NCBI GenBank assembly: GCA_025558095.1
Contig: JAIVFI010000022.1
Span: 248,001-312,000 of the forward strand
Origin: Hyaloraphidium curvatum SAG 235-1
Taxonomy: Eukaryota > Fungi > Monoblepharomycota
Direction: 5' to 3'
DNA: 64,000 nucleotides
The position numbers and the translations under genes were made by a program. The notes under the pieces are model-generated. The model was not told the origin of the DNA and made no database searches. It saw nothing but the letters and a program-made list of their open reading frames with translations. Each line of letters begins with the position of its first letter. Positions within the stretch are counted from its first letter, which is position 1. Below, piece by piece: positions 43,751 to 56,754 of this stretch.

Positions 43751-44289
43751 GGGGCTGGATGTCTTCGAATGGATCGATGATGCTGAGCGCGCGCGCGGTG
43801 GCGACGGACCCGTTCCCGCTGTCCGAGTCGATCTAGGCCCCGCAGGGGCACGGATGGATTTGGGTGGAAGTTGATGTCCTATGGAGTCGATGGAGGTCAC
43901 GCAGAGGCGCGGATGTGTGTGATGGGGAGCTAATGACCCGAGCGGCCGCGCGAGCGGTTTTGGCGAGGGACTGGCTTCCCTTCGACAGTCGATCGAGGTT
44001 CCGCTGTGCCCGGATGGGACGGAAACTCAAGCTGGCTTTGCACTCCGCATATGGGATTGCGGTGGCGGAGTGTTTGCGCCATGGCACCGGCTGGGTTTGG
44101 GACGGGGTTCTGGCGGCGCCGCATATGGCAAATGAACACGACCAGTCGGGAACGTCGGGTCCCCCGCACCAACGAACAGATCGCACCACCCCGCGGCCGT
44201 CGGACGCCGTAGCACGCCGAGTGCACCGCGGCGCGCATCGGATCCCGGCCGACCCGCACACGGCGGCCTGCCGCGTGCTGCGGGCAGCG

Positions 44290-46011
44290 ATGGCGTGCCC
44301 TGAGCGAGCGGACCCCGACGCCCGCGTCCAGAAGCGGCTGCGGCCTCGGGGCCCCGCGGGGCCGCGATGCGCCGGCGGGGCGATCCGCACGGCTCGCGAC
44401 CCGCGTGATTGCGCGCCGGACGTGCGCTGCCGGGCGGCGCGGGCGGCGCGGGCGGGGGAGCCACCCCGCGCCGCACCGCTTATCCCCGGCGGGCGCGCCC
44501 CGGCCGCACCCGCCGCCGCCCGCGCCGCACCGTCGGGCCCCCATTCCCCGCATCGCACAGCGCGGTCCCGCGCCGCGTGGCGCCTGCTGGCCGCCGCCGC
44601 CGCAGTGTGCGCGCTGGCCGCGCCCGCTGCTGCAGACCTGCCGCCGCCCGCCTTCGTCGACACGCGCACGGACTGGCCGCACTACGAGACAGACACGTTC
44701 ACGTACCGCAACATCTCGTGGAAGGTGCCGCGGCAGCAGACATCGTTCGCGTGGTTCGGTGGGCTCGCCCAGGTTGGCGCCGTCAACAATCCCTGACCCC
44801 CCACCCGCCAGACTGGACAAAGGTCGACGGCAACATGGACTCGAGCTACATATACACGTGCCCCGGCGAGCGCCAGCTGGCCCTGACGTTCGACGACGGC
44901 CCTGCGTGCGTGCATTCCCGCTCCGCCTTGTCGCGCACCCTCACATCGCCCCCCCAACGCAGCATCTATACCAACTGGCTCCTCGACGAGCTGCGCAACG
45001 CGAGCGCCAAGGGCACCTTCTGCCTCATCGGCCGCTCGTTCGCTGGCAACGAGGACATCGTGCGGCGCATCGCGTACGAGGGGCACGACCTGTGCGTGCA
45101 CACCTGGAACCACCCGCACCTCACCGAGATGAACAACACGGCGGTGGGTATTCGGGCTTGCATGCTCGTGCATGCTGTGCAAAGGGCCGACTTCTGACTT
45201 TCCCCGCTCCGCCGCCCCGCGCATGACGTGTCGCATCCAAATGTCTTCTCCAATCCCCATTTCGCAGATCATCGACGAGATCCTCGACACCATGCTCGCC
45301 TTCAACCGCACCATCGGCGTCGTCCCCCGCTTCTTCCGCCCCCCCTTTGGCGAGGCCGACCTCCGCATCAAGGCCATCATGGAGACCCTGGGCATGGTCA
45401 TGCTGCGCTGGAACTTTGACGCCTACGACTACCTCCGCGACCCGCAGGCCCTCCTGGGCCGGTACCGCGCCTACATCAAGCGCGATGGCCCCCGCACGCC
45501 GTGGCTGACGCTGCAGCACGACCTGCACAACACCACCGTGGCCACGCAGCGGGCCATCATCGACTACGCGCGGGGGGAGGGGTACAGGGTGACCACGCCC
45601 AGCGAGTGCCTCAACTCGACGCGGTGGATCTCGGGGGAGCTGCCGCCTCGCTCGGTGTGGAGCACCCGCACCGCATCGGGGACGGCGCTCGGCACGCGCA
45701 CGGGGTTCAACCAGGCCACCTTTGTCGCCGACGTCCCGCGCAGCACCCTCGTCGTCATCTCCACCGCCGCCCCCGCGGTGCCCGTGTCGGCCTCGAGGCC
45801 GGCGTCGGTGCTCGCCACCGCGCCGCCCAGGGCCACCGAGACGCCGCAGGCGACGGGGGGGCTGGTGATCGCGACGCCGGTGCCGCCCGAGGTGGTGGCG
45901 ACGCCGCTGGGGACCACCACGCGGGCGGCGTCGTCGGGAGCTGCGGTCGGGGTCGGGTTCGGGATGGGGATGGGGCTGCTGGCGTGGGCCGTGGCGCTGC
46001 TCGCGCAGTAG
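44290..46011 (+). CDS. Chitin deacetylase (CE4/NodB), secreted and probably GPI-anchored; start uncertain
   Basis: TFDDGP, HTWNHPHL, RPPFG, DAYDY, LQHD; Ser/Thr/Pro stalk and hydrophobic C-terminus; signal-like WRLLAAAAAVCALAAPAAA. Confidence 0.88.
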
Positions 46012-46374
46012 AGTCGGGGGTCGTCGGGTTGTGCGGATACCTCTGTCGGGACGAAGGGATATCTGGGTCTCTAGCTAGGGCTTCTATTGTAAACCACGCT
46101 TTTGCATTACTTATTGCTGGAGAGGGATACCTTGCGGTTCGTCCACGTACTGAGGAGCTGGTTACTCCTTAAATCCTCGTCCCCGGAATCCGGCCCCAAT
46201 TCCGGCGCCGGGAGCGAGCCTCCACGCGATCCACCACCGCGTCCACCTCTCGGCTCCTTGAGCGCCGCCTGCACCCGCCCTCCGGCCCGCGGGACCCCAT
46301 GCCCACCCGCGCCGGCCCGCTCCCCGCCCGCCAATGACCCCCCCACCCCCTCCCGCCCCGCGCACGCAGACTGC

Positions 46375-48367
46375 ATGTCGGACCCCGTCGCGCAATGGCC
46401 TGAGCACCCCGCGGAGCACCCGCGCCGCCCGGCTCCCCGCGCGGGGGCCGCGCAGAGGGGCGCGCAGCCCCGGCTGGACGACTTCCGCATCCTCGCCAAG
46501 CTCGGCGAGGGCACCTTCTCCGAGGTGCTGAGGGCGCGGCACAAGCATACCGGGCAGATGTTTGCCATGAAGGTTCGCGCGCTCTCTGCGGGCCGGGAAG
46601 GGGAGCGCGGGCTCACGGCCTGCCGGGGCGGCAGCGGTTCAGGAAGAGCTTCACCAACGCGCACGAGGTGGACGGGCTGCGGGAGATACAGGCGCTCAAG
46701 AGGCTCAACCCGCATCCGAACGTGATCCTCCTGCACCACGTCATCTAGTTCGTCCCCCTCGCGCCGCCGTCGCCGTTCCGTGCTGAACGCGACGCCCCGG
46801 GTGCAGCGACCAGCAGCACGGCACGCTGGCCCTCAACTTCGAGATGATGGACTGCAACCTGTACGAGATGATCTCCAAGCGGCAGACGGTGGTGACCGAG
46901 GACCTCGCGGGCACGTGGCTGGCGCAGGTGCTCTCGGCGCTCGACTACATGCACTCGAGGGGCATCTTCCACCGCGACATCAAGCCCGAGAACATCCTCG
47001 TGGGCTCCTACGCAGCGCATTTTGGCCCATCGCTTGCTCATCCGTTTTTGGGCGGCAGGTCCGCGACGGCGTGGTCGTCAAGCTCGCCGACTTCGGCTCC
47101 TGCCGGGGCATGCACTCCAAGCGCCCCTTCACAGAGTACATCGCCACGCGGTGGTACCGCTCCCCCGAGTGCCTCCTGACGGCGGGCGGGTACGGGTACA
47201 AGATGGACTGCTGGGGGGTCGGATGCGTGCTGTTCGAGGCGCTGCACAGGGTGCCGCTGTTCCCGGGGACCAACGAGCTGGACCAGCTGCACAGGATACA
47301 CAACGTGCTGGGGACACCGAATCCGAAGACGCTGCGGAAGATACTCGGGTGGGCGTGGTGGCCGTCCCGTGCCCCTCACCATCTGACGCGCGCATCTTTT
47401 CCAGCAAGGGCAACGCCCCGCGGTACCTCTTCCCCTACAAGCAGGGCCCAGGCGTGCAGTCGCTCATGCAGAAGAACTCGGAGGAATGCGTCGACCTCGT
47501 GAGCCGGCTGCTGGATTACGACCCGGACCTGCGGCTCTCGGCCAGGGAGGCGCTCGCGCACCCTTTCTTCGAGGGGGTCTACATCCCGCCGGCTTCGGAT
47601 TCCGAGGTGCCGGTTTCGACGCCGGGGGAGCCGGCGCATCATTCTCACGTGCCGCACGCGGGGCATGCGACGGAGGCGGCGCGGGTGGTGCAGCCCAAGC
47701 AGAGGCGACATCCGGTGGGAAGACCCATCGGACGGTGGAGGCGTCGCTGACCATCTTCTGCCCGCAGGAACACCTCGCGCACACCCGCAAATCCTCGGAG
47801 GACGACCAGACGGCGCGGATGCGCGAGCTGCTCGAGTCCATCCGCCAGATCTCGGGCCCGAACCCGCGGCCGGCCAAGCACCCGGCAGCCGCGCCCGCGG
47901 AGCCGGATCCCATGCTGCTCCTCACCCCCCGCAACACGCCCGCGCTGCAAAAGGCGCTGAGCGTGCTAAGCACCGGACGGAATGCCGCGCCGCCGGGTCC
48001 GATCGGCGAGGGCGGGGCGATCGGGCAGGAGCCTTCGCGGACCTCTTCGACGGTTCGGCTGCCCGGCATAACGGCCCTTCCGAAGCCGTCGGCGATACCG
48101 GTCCTTGTGCCGGGATACATGCACGTGCGGCGCAGCTCGGTGGCGCCGAGCGACTCGGTGGCCCCCGAGAGCGAGAGCGGCGCACCGCCGCGGAGGACAA
48201 AGGGCGTCGCCTTCGCGTCCCCGCACGTGGTCGGCTCGTTCCACCCCAAAGGGACCGTCAGGGCGGTCCCGGGGCCGGCCAAGCGGCGGCGCGTGCGCCT
48301 CCCGCCCGTCGCGCCGGCGGTGGCGGGCACGAAGCCCTGGCGGTCGGGGATGAAGACGAAATCGTGA
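46375..48367 (+). CDS. MOK: MOK (MAPK/MAK/MRK overlapping kinase; LF4-like), multi-exon
   Basis: GEGTFSEV, LREIQALKRLNPHPN, FHRDIKPEN, DFGSCRG...PFTEYIATRWYRSPECLLT, FPGTNELDQL. Confidence 0.88.
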
Positions 48368-48431
48368 ACGGATCGCACGGAGACGGTCATCTAGAAGACA
48401 AAGCTTGTACATGGCAGTTCGGCCACCAAGA

Positions 48432-50724
48432 TCAGTCGTACGAGATGTCCAGGTCGCCACCGCTGGCCCCGACGGCGTCGAGGTCGGTGTAGTCGCGGAG
48501 CTGCCGCCTGTCCATGCTGGAGAACAGAAGTGTCAGTCGGCCAACAGTTGAATCGACCTGCACGGAGGATCCTACCGTCCCATGGCAGCCGGCGGTGGCG
48601 GGTAGTCGTACCCCGAATCCTCCCTCGGCCCAAGCCGCGAGTTGATGCCGCCGCGTCCGCCGCGGAACCCGCCGTTGGCCGGCGAGTTGTAGTTCGAAGG
48701 CCCCCGCGAGCCCCCCGTGGGCCGCGGATTCTCGAGCGCCGGGTCCTTCATGAGCGTGATCTTGCAGGGATCCCGGACGTACGAGTTGATGTACACGGCC
48801 TCCGCCTTTGCCTTGTCCACGGCTTCCTGCACCTCAGGGTGCTTGAGCAGCAGGTGCTTCTCCACAAACTCGGGCGCCTTGAACAGCTTGCCGCAGTCCT
48901 TGCCCGCTGCGTCCTTCATCAGGCAGCGATACCGGAACTCGCCCTCCTCCTTCATCATGCTGCGCAGCTTCGAATGCACCTGCTCCTCCGGGTCCCGCCA
49001 GTTCAGCCGCGCGAGCTCCTCGGCAGTCAGGAGCTTGCCGAAGAAGCGCGCACGTGCGTCGACCCTGTCCGTGGCCTTCCTCGCCGCGAACTCGTCCCCG
49101 GGCCGGTCACCGTCCGCTGCCGGCGCGGCGGGGCGGAGGTTGGGCGGGAACTTGCGCGAAAAGTCCTCCACCGAGTCCGCGTACATCCCTGAGTAGTAGT
49201 CGAAGAGGTGAACGCGCCGCAGGTACGTCAGCACGAGGTCCAGCCGCTTCTTTGCCTGTGGATCCGACGCGCCGATCAGAATCGTTCCCCAGCAACCGCA
49301 GCGATGTCGTCGACCCACGTTCGGATCCGGCTCCTGCTCGTTCTCCACGTCCATGGCCTCCTCCTTCACCTCCTTTGCCAGGCCCAGCTTCGACATCCTC
49401 TCCTCGACCGCGGCAAAGCCCGAAACCCCGTAGTCCTCGTCCAGGGCCCGGGCCACGGCCGTGGCCTGCTCCAGGTCCCTCTTTATCCTGTCCTCCTTCG
49501 AGAACACGTCCACTAGCGGGCGCGAGCGGGGCGGGTGCACCTGGTGCGCGGCAAAGTGGAACTCCTGCTCGCCTATCCGGAACTTTTCGAGGGTCTTGAC
49601 GACCTGTTCCACGTCCGTGCCGTCCCGGAACACAACCCAGCCGAGTCGGATGAACTTCTTTGTCGGATTGGGATCGGAGAGTGCGATGCGAACGGGAGGG
49701 GTGTCCGGAAGAGCTTTGGCGAGTTCCTTTCGCCAAAATGTGAGCGACCGTCTGCGCTGCCAATCAGACCAAACTGACCTCTTCGAGCGTCTTTCGAGCA
49801 ACGGTGATGGGCACGCTCTTGATGAAGATCTTGTGCTTGACATCGTTCTCGTCCTCGGGGCTCGACCAGCACAGAGGCCGCTTCGTCCCCGCCGGAGCAG
49901 CGACCCCGGCAACCGGCGTCGTCGGAGAGGCCGGCTCCTTCTGGTCACCATCCGCCATTTCCTCGTCCTGTTTGCGTGGTTCAAATCGACATTTCTTTGC
50001 GGTCGCGGGGTTGCCCACCTTGACTGTCGCAGCGGTGTCTGCCGGCGGCGCGTCCGGCGCCGCTCCACCAGCCGAACCGGCCACCTCATCGAAAGTCGCG
50101 TCATCGAACAAGCCCTCCTCCAGCTCCCTCGCGAACCGCTCGGCGAGCTCCGCCTTGTGTGCTCCGACGCGGGCACGGTACTCCTCGGCCTCGGGCGACC
50201 GGTACTTTTCCACGAACCACTCCTCCTCCTTGTGCGCGTGGAAAAAGTCCAGCGACTCCTGCAGCTTGAAGTCCTCCTTGTACATGTCGTACCTGCGGTC
50301 CCAGTCCGGGTCGTCGCCCTGTCTTCGCGGTGAGCCCGGACCATCCGGCCCAAAACGCCCGAATCACCTTGGTACCGCTCTGCTGGCGCATCCAGTCCTT
50401 GAAATGCCGCTTCGACACCAGGTACTTCAGCTCCTTCGGATTGGGCACGCGCCCGCCGCGGCCGCGGAAGCCGTCGTCATAATCGCCGCCGCGGTAGTCG
50501 TAGTCGTCGTCCCGCCCACGGAAGCGCGGCGCCGGGCGGAAGCCGTCGCGATCGTAGTCCGGCTGGTAGAAGTCGCCGCGCGGCGGCGAGCGGCGGCGGC
50601 GGTCGGGCGAGAACGACCGGCGGCGGTCGCGCTCGAACCGCTCCTCGCGCGCCGGCGGCGGCGCGTCGTCGCGCTCGCGCCGGAACTTGTCGCGATGGCC
50701 GCCGTACTCCTCGTCGTCGTCCAT
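48432..50724 (-). CDS. SRRT: Serrate/ARS2 RNA effector, multi-exon
   Basis: FFHAHKEEEWFVEKY, LDLVLTYLRRVHLFDYY, CGKLFKAPEFVEKHLLLKH; terminal exon RDYTDLDA. Confidence 0.92.
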
Positions 50725-50888
50725 CGCGGGGAGCGGGGTGGGTATTCGACCTTTTTTCGACGACCTCCTCTTGCAGCGCCGCCGCGCGAACGATCGCCCT
50801 TCCCGGCTGCCCCCAAGCCTGGCTACACGCGGGCCTCTCGAACTTTTTCATTTGACTACAGTAGCGCACGTTCTTCTTGTCACTCGAG

Positions 50889-51005
50889 ATCGCGTTTCCA
50901 GCCGAGCGCTGGAGCTCTACGCCACTGGGCCAGGCGTCCTCGTTTCCACGGACATCGCGTTCGCGGCCGAGCGCTGGAACTCCACGCGACCGGGCCAGGC
51001 GCCCC
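50889..51005. repeat. Two imperfect direct copies of a ~50-nt unit, 65-nt period, in the ARS2/MFS divergent promoter
   Basis: atcgcgtt..gccgagcgctggagctctacgccactgggccaggcg (50889) versus atcgcgtt..gccgagcgctggaactccacgcgaccgggccaggcg (50954). Confidence 0.85.
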
Positions 51006-51018
51006 GCGCCGTGACGCG

Positions 51019-52657
51019 ATGTCGGGCAAAATGGACAGCGTGGCACTTGACGCGGCCGAGCAGCGCATGATCAACAACTACTGGAGGGCCCTGACTTTCC
51101 TCGGAGCGGTGGTTTCGCTGCTGGTCTCCGGAACTGGGTACCTGGCAGGCTTGTGGACTGTCCAATATGCCTCTAAGGTCGGATACAGTCAAACGGAAAT
51201 GGCCTCGGTGGGATCCGTGGGCTTTGTCGTGTCGGCGCTCCTCGCGGTGCCGCTCGGGATTCTCGGGGACCTGCTGCCGCGGCCGTTTCCCCTCCTTATA
51301 TTCGGGGGCACCGCCATGTTCCTCGGCTACTTCTGCCTCGGTGGGACCTACCTCGGCATCGTGCCGCACATTCATGTTGCTGTCTCGGCCTTTTACGTGT
51401 CACTGTCCGCGACCGGGAACGTGGCCACGCTGCAGGGTGCCCTGTTCACGAACGTACGCAACTTTTCCGAGAAACTCAGGGGCCTCGCGACGGGCGTGCC
51501 AGTCAGCGCGATCGGACTATCCGCATTCTTCTTCACTGGCGTCGCCCGGCTCTTCTTCATGGTGCCCGTCGAAGAGACCGGGCCTGGTACGGAAGGCGAG
51601 CGGAGGCTCGATGTCGGACACTTTCTCGTCGGGGTGGGCGTCATTGGCGGGCTCGCAAACGCATTCGGGGCGGCCACCGTGCATAAGGTTCCGCTGGACG
51701 TGAGCGAAACGGTCCCGGCGGACGGAGAACAGCAGCCGCTCGTTCTTCCCGATCCGCCGCCTCTGGAGGAGGAGATCGAAGAGTCCGACCTCGCGCCGAT
51801 CGAGGAGGACACCGGTGCCCAAGTGAGCGAGCGCCGCATCGTCACGTCCTTCGACAGGTTTGTTGCGTGGCGTGGCCCGACGTTCCTTTGGCTTGCCTTG
51901 CTCACCGTTCTTTCCAGCCTGGACACTTGGCTGTGGATATACGCCAAGCTCGCCCTAACCGGCGCGGGGACCATGTTCATCGGCAACGTCGGCTCCATCG
52001 TCCTCGCCCTCGCGCCCGAAGGCGTCATGCCTGAGGACCCGGCGCTGCAGCGCCTTCAGTCCGTCGCCGTGGCGACCATATCCGTCGGCAGCTGCACCGG
52101 ACGCATCCTGTTTGGGTTCCTCTACGACTGGCTGTTCCGGATCGCCCAGACAAAGCGGGTCACGCTCTTCCTCTTCATCTCGTGCGCCATGGCTACGCTG
52201 CAGTACTGGTTTGTCATCATCCTGCGGGCGGGGGGTGCCGAATCCCTGGTGGTCCTGACGGCGCTGATGGGGACGGTCTACGGAGGCGTCGCAAGTGAGT
52301 CGTGCTTCGTGCGGCGTAATCTGCCCACACCTGACCAATCGACTACCAGTGAGCGCCCCGGTAGTGAACTCGGAACTGTTCGGCACCAGATTCCTCGCCG
52401 AAAACTACGGCGCCGTCATGCTCTTTGACGCCTTCGCCAACTACTTCCTAAACCTGCTCTTCGGACGTGTTTGGGACGACAACCGGGCAAAGGACCCGTC
52501 CATCATGGCGGACACGCCCAAGATCGTCTGCCACGGCCCGCACTGCCTCCTGAACACCTTTGTCGTGACCAGCGCGGCCACGACGCTCGCCGCCGTATGT
52601 ATGGCGATCCTTCGATGGAGGGTTGTGAGGCGGGACGCGGAAGGTATCGCTCCGTGA
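51019..52657 (+). CDS. MFS transporter (MCH1/nodulin-like)
   Basis: About 12 hydrophobic segments; NVRNF...RGLATGVPVSAIGLSAFFF; GRILFGFLYD; ELFGTRFLAENYG; CHGPHC. Confidence 0.85.
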
Positions 52658-52736
52658 TGTAGCGCTCGTATTGTGGGAACCCGCCCAGCTGCAAACGGCC
52701 ATGTACATACTCGCACTTGATACCAAACGTAGGCAC

Positions 52737-53732
52737 CTAGAACTTTACGACCTTCTTCTTGCCCTTTGCGGATCCGTTTGCCGCTTTCGGCCCATCCTGC
52801 TTGGGCGCTTTCTTCGCGGCCTTTGGAACCTCCTCCACCTCGTCAGCGAGCTCCACGCGGTCGCCATCGTCCGCCTTCGGGAGCTTGCTCTTCGTCCGCT
52901 CGGGGCACTTGGTCGCGAAATGGCGGTTGGACCCGCAGAAGCGACACCCGCCGCCCTTCGGGAAGAAGCCGTGTTCGTTCTGGGGGCAAGCCCCCGCGAT
53001 GTGCCCCATCTCCGAGCACACGCCGCAGATGGCGTACGGGAAGGGCCGCTCCGGATCCGCGGGCTCCTTGCACGCCTTGACGGTGTGGTCGTCCGCTCCG
53101 CACCGCCAGCACCGTCCAGCAGCAGCCGTCGAGCCCTTGTCCAGCTTCGGGCATTCCTTGACTGAGTGTCCGTTGTCGCGGCAGTAGAAACAGACCAGCT
53201 TCAGCTTCTTGAGCTTCTCCCGACGCTTCTTCTTGGCCGCAGCGCTCCTCGGCGGCCGCTTGGCCTGGTCCTTTGATCCTCCGGAGCCCGCAGCGTCCCC
53301 GTCCTCCGCTCCTTCGGCACCTTTCCGGTGCCGAATGCGCTTCTTCTTCGGCCCCTTGTCCAAGTGCTTTGCATCCTCGGCTGGAACCACGTCATCCTCG
53401 CCGTGTTTCCGCTTCTTGGAGGCCTTCGCTTCGGCAGCGTTCGAAGCGGGATCCTCGGCGGGCGCCTTCTCCTTCCGCTTCTTGGAAGATTTCGGTTCCG
53501 CAACACTGGAAGCAGGACCAGCGGTCGACAAAGCTTCCGGCTCCTTGTCTTTGCGCTTCTTGGCGGGTTTCGGTTCCGCAGATGTGGGGACGGTCGATGC
53601 CGGGGAGCTTGCAGTGGGCTCCGTGGAGTGGCCCTCTGCGCCCTCGGACGGTTTGACCTTCTTCTTCTTTGGCTTCTGAACAGTTTCCATAGCCGGACCG
53701 CCTGGAGTGGCGGCCCCGGAGTGCTTGGCCAT
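52737..53732 (-). CDS. ZCCHC9: Four-CCHC zinc-knuckle protein (ZCCHC9-like), Lys-rich N-terminus
   Basis: CFYCRDNGHSVKEC, CWRCGADDHTVKAC, CGVCSEMGHIAGACPQNEHGFFPKGGGCRFCGSNRHFATKC. Confidence 0.85.
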   Translation of the reverse strand: MAKHSGAATPGGPAMETVQKPKKKKVKPSEGAEGHSTEPTASSPASTVPTSAEPKPAKKRKDKEPEALSTAGPASSVAEPKSSKKRKEKAPAEDPASNAAEAKASKKRKHGEDDVVPAEDAKHLDKGPKKKRIRHRKGAEGAEDGDAAGSGGSKDQAKRPPRSAAAKKKRREKLKKLKLVCFYCRDNGHSVKECPKLDKGSTAAAGRCWRCGADDHTVKACKEPADPERPFPYAICGVCSEMGHIAGACPQNEHGFFPKGGGCRFCGSNRHFATKCPERTKSKLPKADDGDRVELADEVEEVPKAAKKAPKQDGPKAANGSAKGKKKVVKF

Positions 53733-53900
53733 CGTTCTTGTGGGGTTGTTGATTTTCAAACCTTGGCGGCAGGGTGCGAAATTCCGATCAGATCCACAAC
53801 CACCACACTCGGAACCGGACTGTCTCGCTCCCTGTAACTCAGGGCTAAGGCGTACTACGCAGCTTGGCAGACGTTCCTCCCTTTCCTTCCCATCGCACAA

Positions 53901-54453
53901 ATGGCTGGCACTCTCGAGGTCTCTGAGGCGGCGACCGTGTACGCGGCGCTGATCCTCCACGACGCGGAGCTGGAGATCACGGTGAGGCCCTCGCGGCCGT
54001 GGGCCCTTGGCGGGCGTGGGGAGGACAGCGGGGCTGATTGCGGACCCGTGGCGGACGCGATGGAATAGGCGGACAAGATCCAGGCCCTCATCGACGCTGC
54101 CGGCGTCGAGGTCGACTCTGCCTACCCCAAGGTCTTCGCGAAGGCCCTGGCTGGCAAGGACCTGAGCCAGCTCCTTGGTGCCATCGCCGTCGGTGGGTTT
54201 TCTGCCGCGCGTGCCGGTCGTCGTATAGCTCATCCTCGAGCAGCCGCCCCCTCGGCTGGTGCCGCTCCCGCGGCCGCCGCCGCTCCTTCGGGAGGTGCTG
54301 CCGCTGCCGCGGAGGCACCCGCAGCCAAGAAGGAGGAGAAGAAGGAGGAGGAGGAGGAGGAGGGCGACGAGGGTGCGTTCCGTCGGCTGCGTTTCGTCGG
54401 GTTGGACCTCATCTCCCTTTCCTGCAGACATGGGCTTCGGTCTCTTCGACTAA
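53901..54453 (+). CDS. RPP1: 60S acidic ribosomal protein P1, 4 exons
   Basis: [29 protein letters not shown]...FAKAL; [12 protein letters not shown]; DMGFGLFD. Confidence 0.95.
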
Positions 54454-54736
54454 GCGCGTGGAGTATTGTACCCCCTTGTACAGAATCCAAGCCTCGGTCC
54501 TCGATTCTGATTTGCTGCCTTGGAGCTTTCCCGTCTCGCGCGGATGCGATGCTCATGAGTTGTCCACAACGGGCTCACTGTTTGCCATTCCTCAGAGCTG
54601 GAAAACTACGGGCTAAATCCAAGATTCATTCAAAGGAGCTTTACCTTAACACCAAGGATCAAGGCTAACATCGCAGCAGCTTCACGTCAAGACAGCTCCT
54701 CTGCGCACTCACGCGTCCGTTAGGTACTCGGGCCGT

Positions 54737-56754
54737 CTACTTTGAGTACGCCCACAACAGAACCTTCCGGTACCATTTGCCCAGCTCAGTCCTGTTGAAC
54801 CGGATCTCGCCGTCCAGGAAGGGAGGAAGCTCCACAGCCTCGCTCGCTGCCAGGCTGCTGTAGAACCGGGGCTGGTAGATGTACTCCTTGCCGGACGGCG
54901 TCAGTGCGAGCGTGAACTTGAGCTCTGCAAGTCGAAGGAGTTTGTCAGCGAAGTTTGCGCATCCGATCAACTGCTCAATCACCTCCGCCAGCAGTTCGAA
55001 GTGCGCAGTCCCAGGTCTCCTTCTCCTTCGAATCGACGATCACAAGTCCAGTGAGCTCCTGGTAGAGGCGGGTCTGGTGCGTTGCGGCACTCGGAGACCG
55101 TGCAACCGCCGGCGATCCCGCGGCAGCCGAAGCCGACGTCGCCGTTGCGAGGGCATTGACAACTGATCGAAGACCTCGGTGAGACGAGCATCACCCGCGA
55201 TGCAAACTACCCACGATCCTGGCGCGCCTGGTCCGCCTCTGCCTTGAGGGCCTTGTTCCCCTCCTCCAATGCCTTCACAGTCTTGGTCGTCGACGTCGAC
55301 AGCGAGCTGCACTCGGCAGTCTTCTTCTTCAGCTCACCCTCAAGGTCAGTCACTTCTTTGTTCAGTCGACGGATCCGTTCGTCCATTGCTGAAGGACGAA
55401 AGTCAGAATGGAGCACGATTGCAAATCGACAGTACTCACCGGCCTCCTTCTTCTTGGCTTCCTCCTTGAACTTGTCGAACGACTCTTTGGCCTGCACCAC
55501 CGCAACACGCTCGAGCTCGTCGTATTGCCGGCGCAACGTCTCGTACTGTATCCGGAGCATGTCGTGATCCTTGGAGGGCTGTAGTCGCAAGGCACGGTAA
55601 GACACACGCTCACGCTACCGGAAGCTGAACCCACCTCCAGCAAAGACAAAGCTCCAGCGGAAGCTGCAGCCTTCGCGGGCTTCAGCTGCTTCTGCTCCAC
55701 AGAAATGCGCACCTCCGTGGCGGGTGCGGTCGTCGACGGTTCCCTGCTCACCGCGCTGGGCTTCTCAGACGACTTTTTCGGCCGCGGGGGAGGGGAGGCG
55801 ACGATCGAATCGCGCTGGTCTGCTGCCCGTGTCGATTTTGGAGGCGAGTCGGCGGCCTTAGCGGCCTTCTCCGCCGCTTTGGCCTTGGTCTTCTTTGCTG
55901 GCGCCGGTGCGTTCTCCGCTTCCGCCTTCGGCAGCTGGACCTCAGGTTCCGCGGCTTTGGGAGCCTTGGTTGCTTTGCCCTTTGGAACGGCTGGCGGTGC
56001 AGCTTCCGCAGCGTTCTCCGCCGGGCCGGGCTCAGACCCCTTCTTGACCGGCTCGTCCGCTTCCGCCCGCAACTCGGTGTCTGAAAGCTTCGCGCGCTTG
56101 TTCCCCTTCTTGACCTTCTCCTGCACCGGTGCAGGAGCGTCCACAGGAGCCTTTGCCTGCTTCGGAACCGCCGGCTTCGGGGCCGACTTTCGCGGGGGCT
56201 CCTTCACTTTCGCCTCCTTGACCTTTTCCTGCTTCGGCGGTGCCTTTGCGGTCTCGTCCTCTCCATCGCTTTCGTTGTCCGGGCTCCGGGCGGCAGCCTT
56301 GGCCGGTTTCGCAGACACAGGCGCAGGCGTAGTAGGGCGCCCGCGCGTCCGGCTCGCGAGGACCTCGACCTTCCTCACGAGGGGGCCTTTCGACGGGGCA
56401 GACTTCGAGCTCGCCTTCCCCTTGGCTGAATTCGCCGAGAGCATTCCAGTCGAGGGTTCGGGGAGGATCCGCTCGTCAGTGCTCGCCTACGCTGTTGGCG
56501 CCGCGGCGCTCACCCGAGGTGCCCATGTTCCGCGCCACGTTCTCTCCGTCGTCCACCATTTCGTCGGCCGAGTCGTCTTCGGCCTTCCTCTTGTAAGAGC
56601 CGGGACGGGCACGCTGTGTGGGGCGAACAGCGCCGCCGCGGGCGTGTTGGGAGGGGCGGTCAACGCCGCGTCCGGTACGGGACGTCTCCGGAGCGCGACC
56701 GACCATGTCAGCGTCGACAGGGCTGCCAGCAGCGGACGTCTGGCCGCGCGGCAT
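54737..56754 (-). CDS. Monopolin Csm1/Pcs1-like protein with long Lys/Ala/Pro-rich N-terminus, multi-exon
   Basis: Coiled coil, then ELTGLVI and YIYQP...LPPFLDGEIRF...WYRKV, resembling the Csm1 RWD domain. Confidence 0.65.

Noticed and set aside
49804-52428. 874-aa giant MFS protein
   Set aside because: The N-terminal half is the antisense of ARS2; the real start is at 51019.
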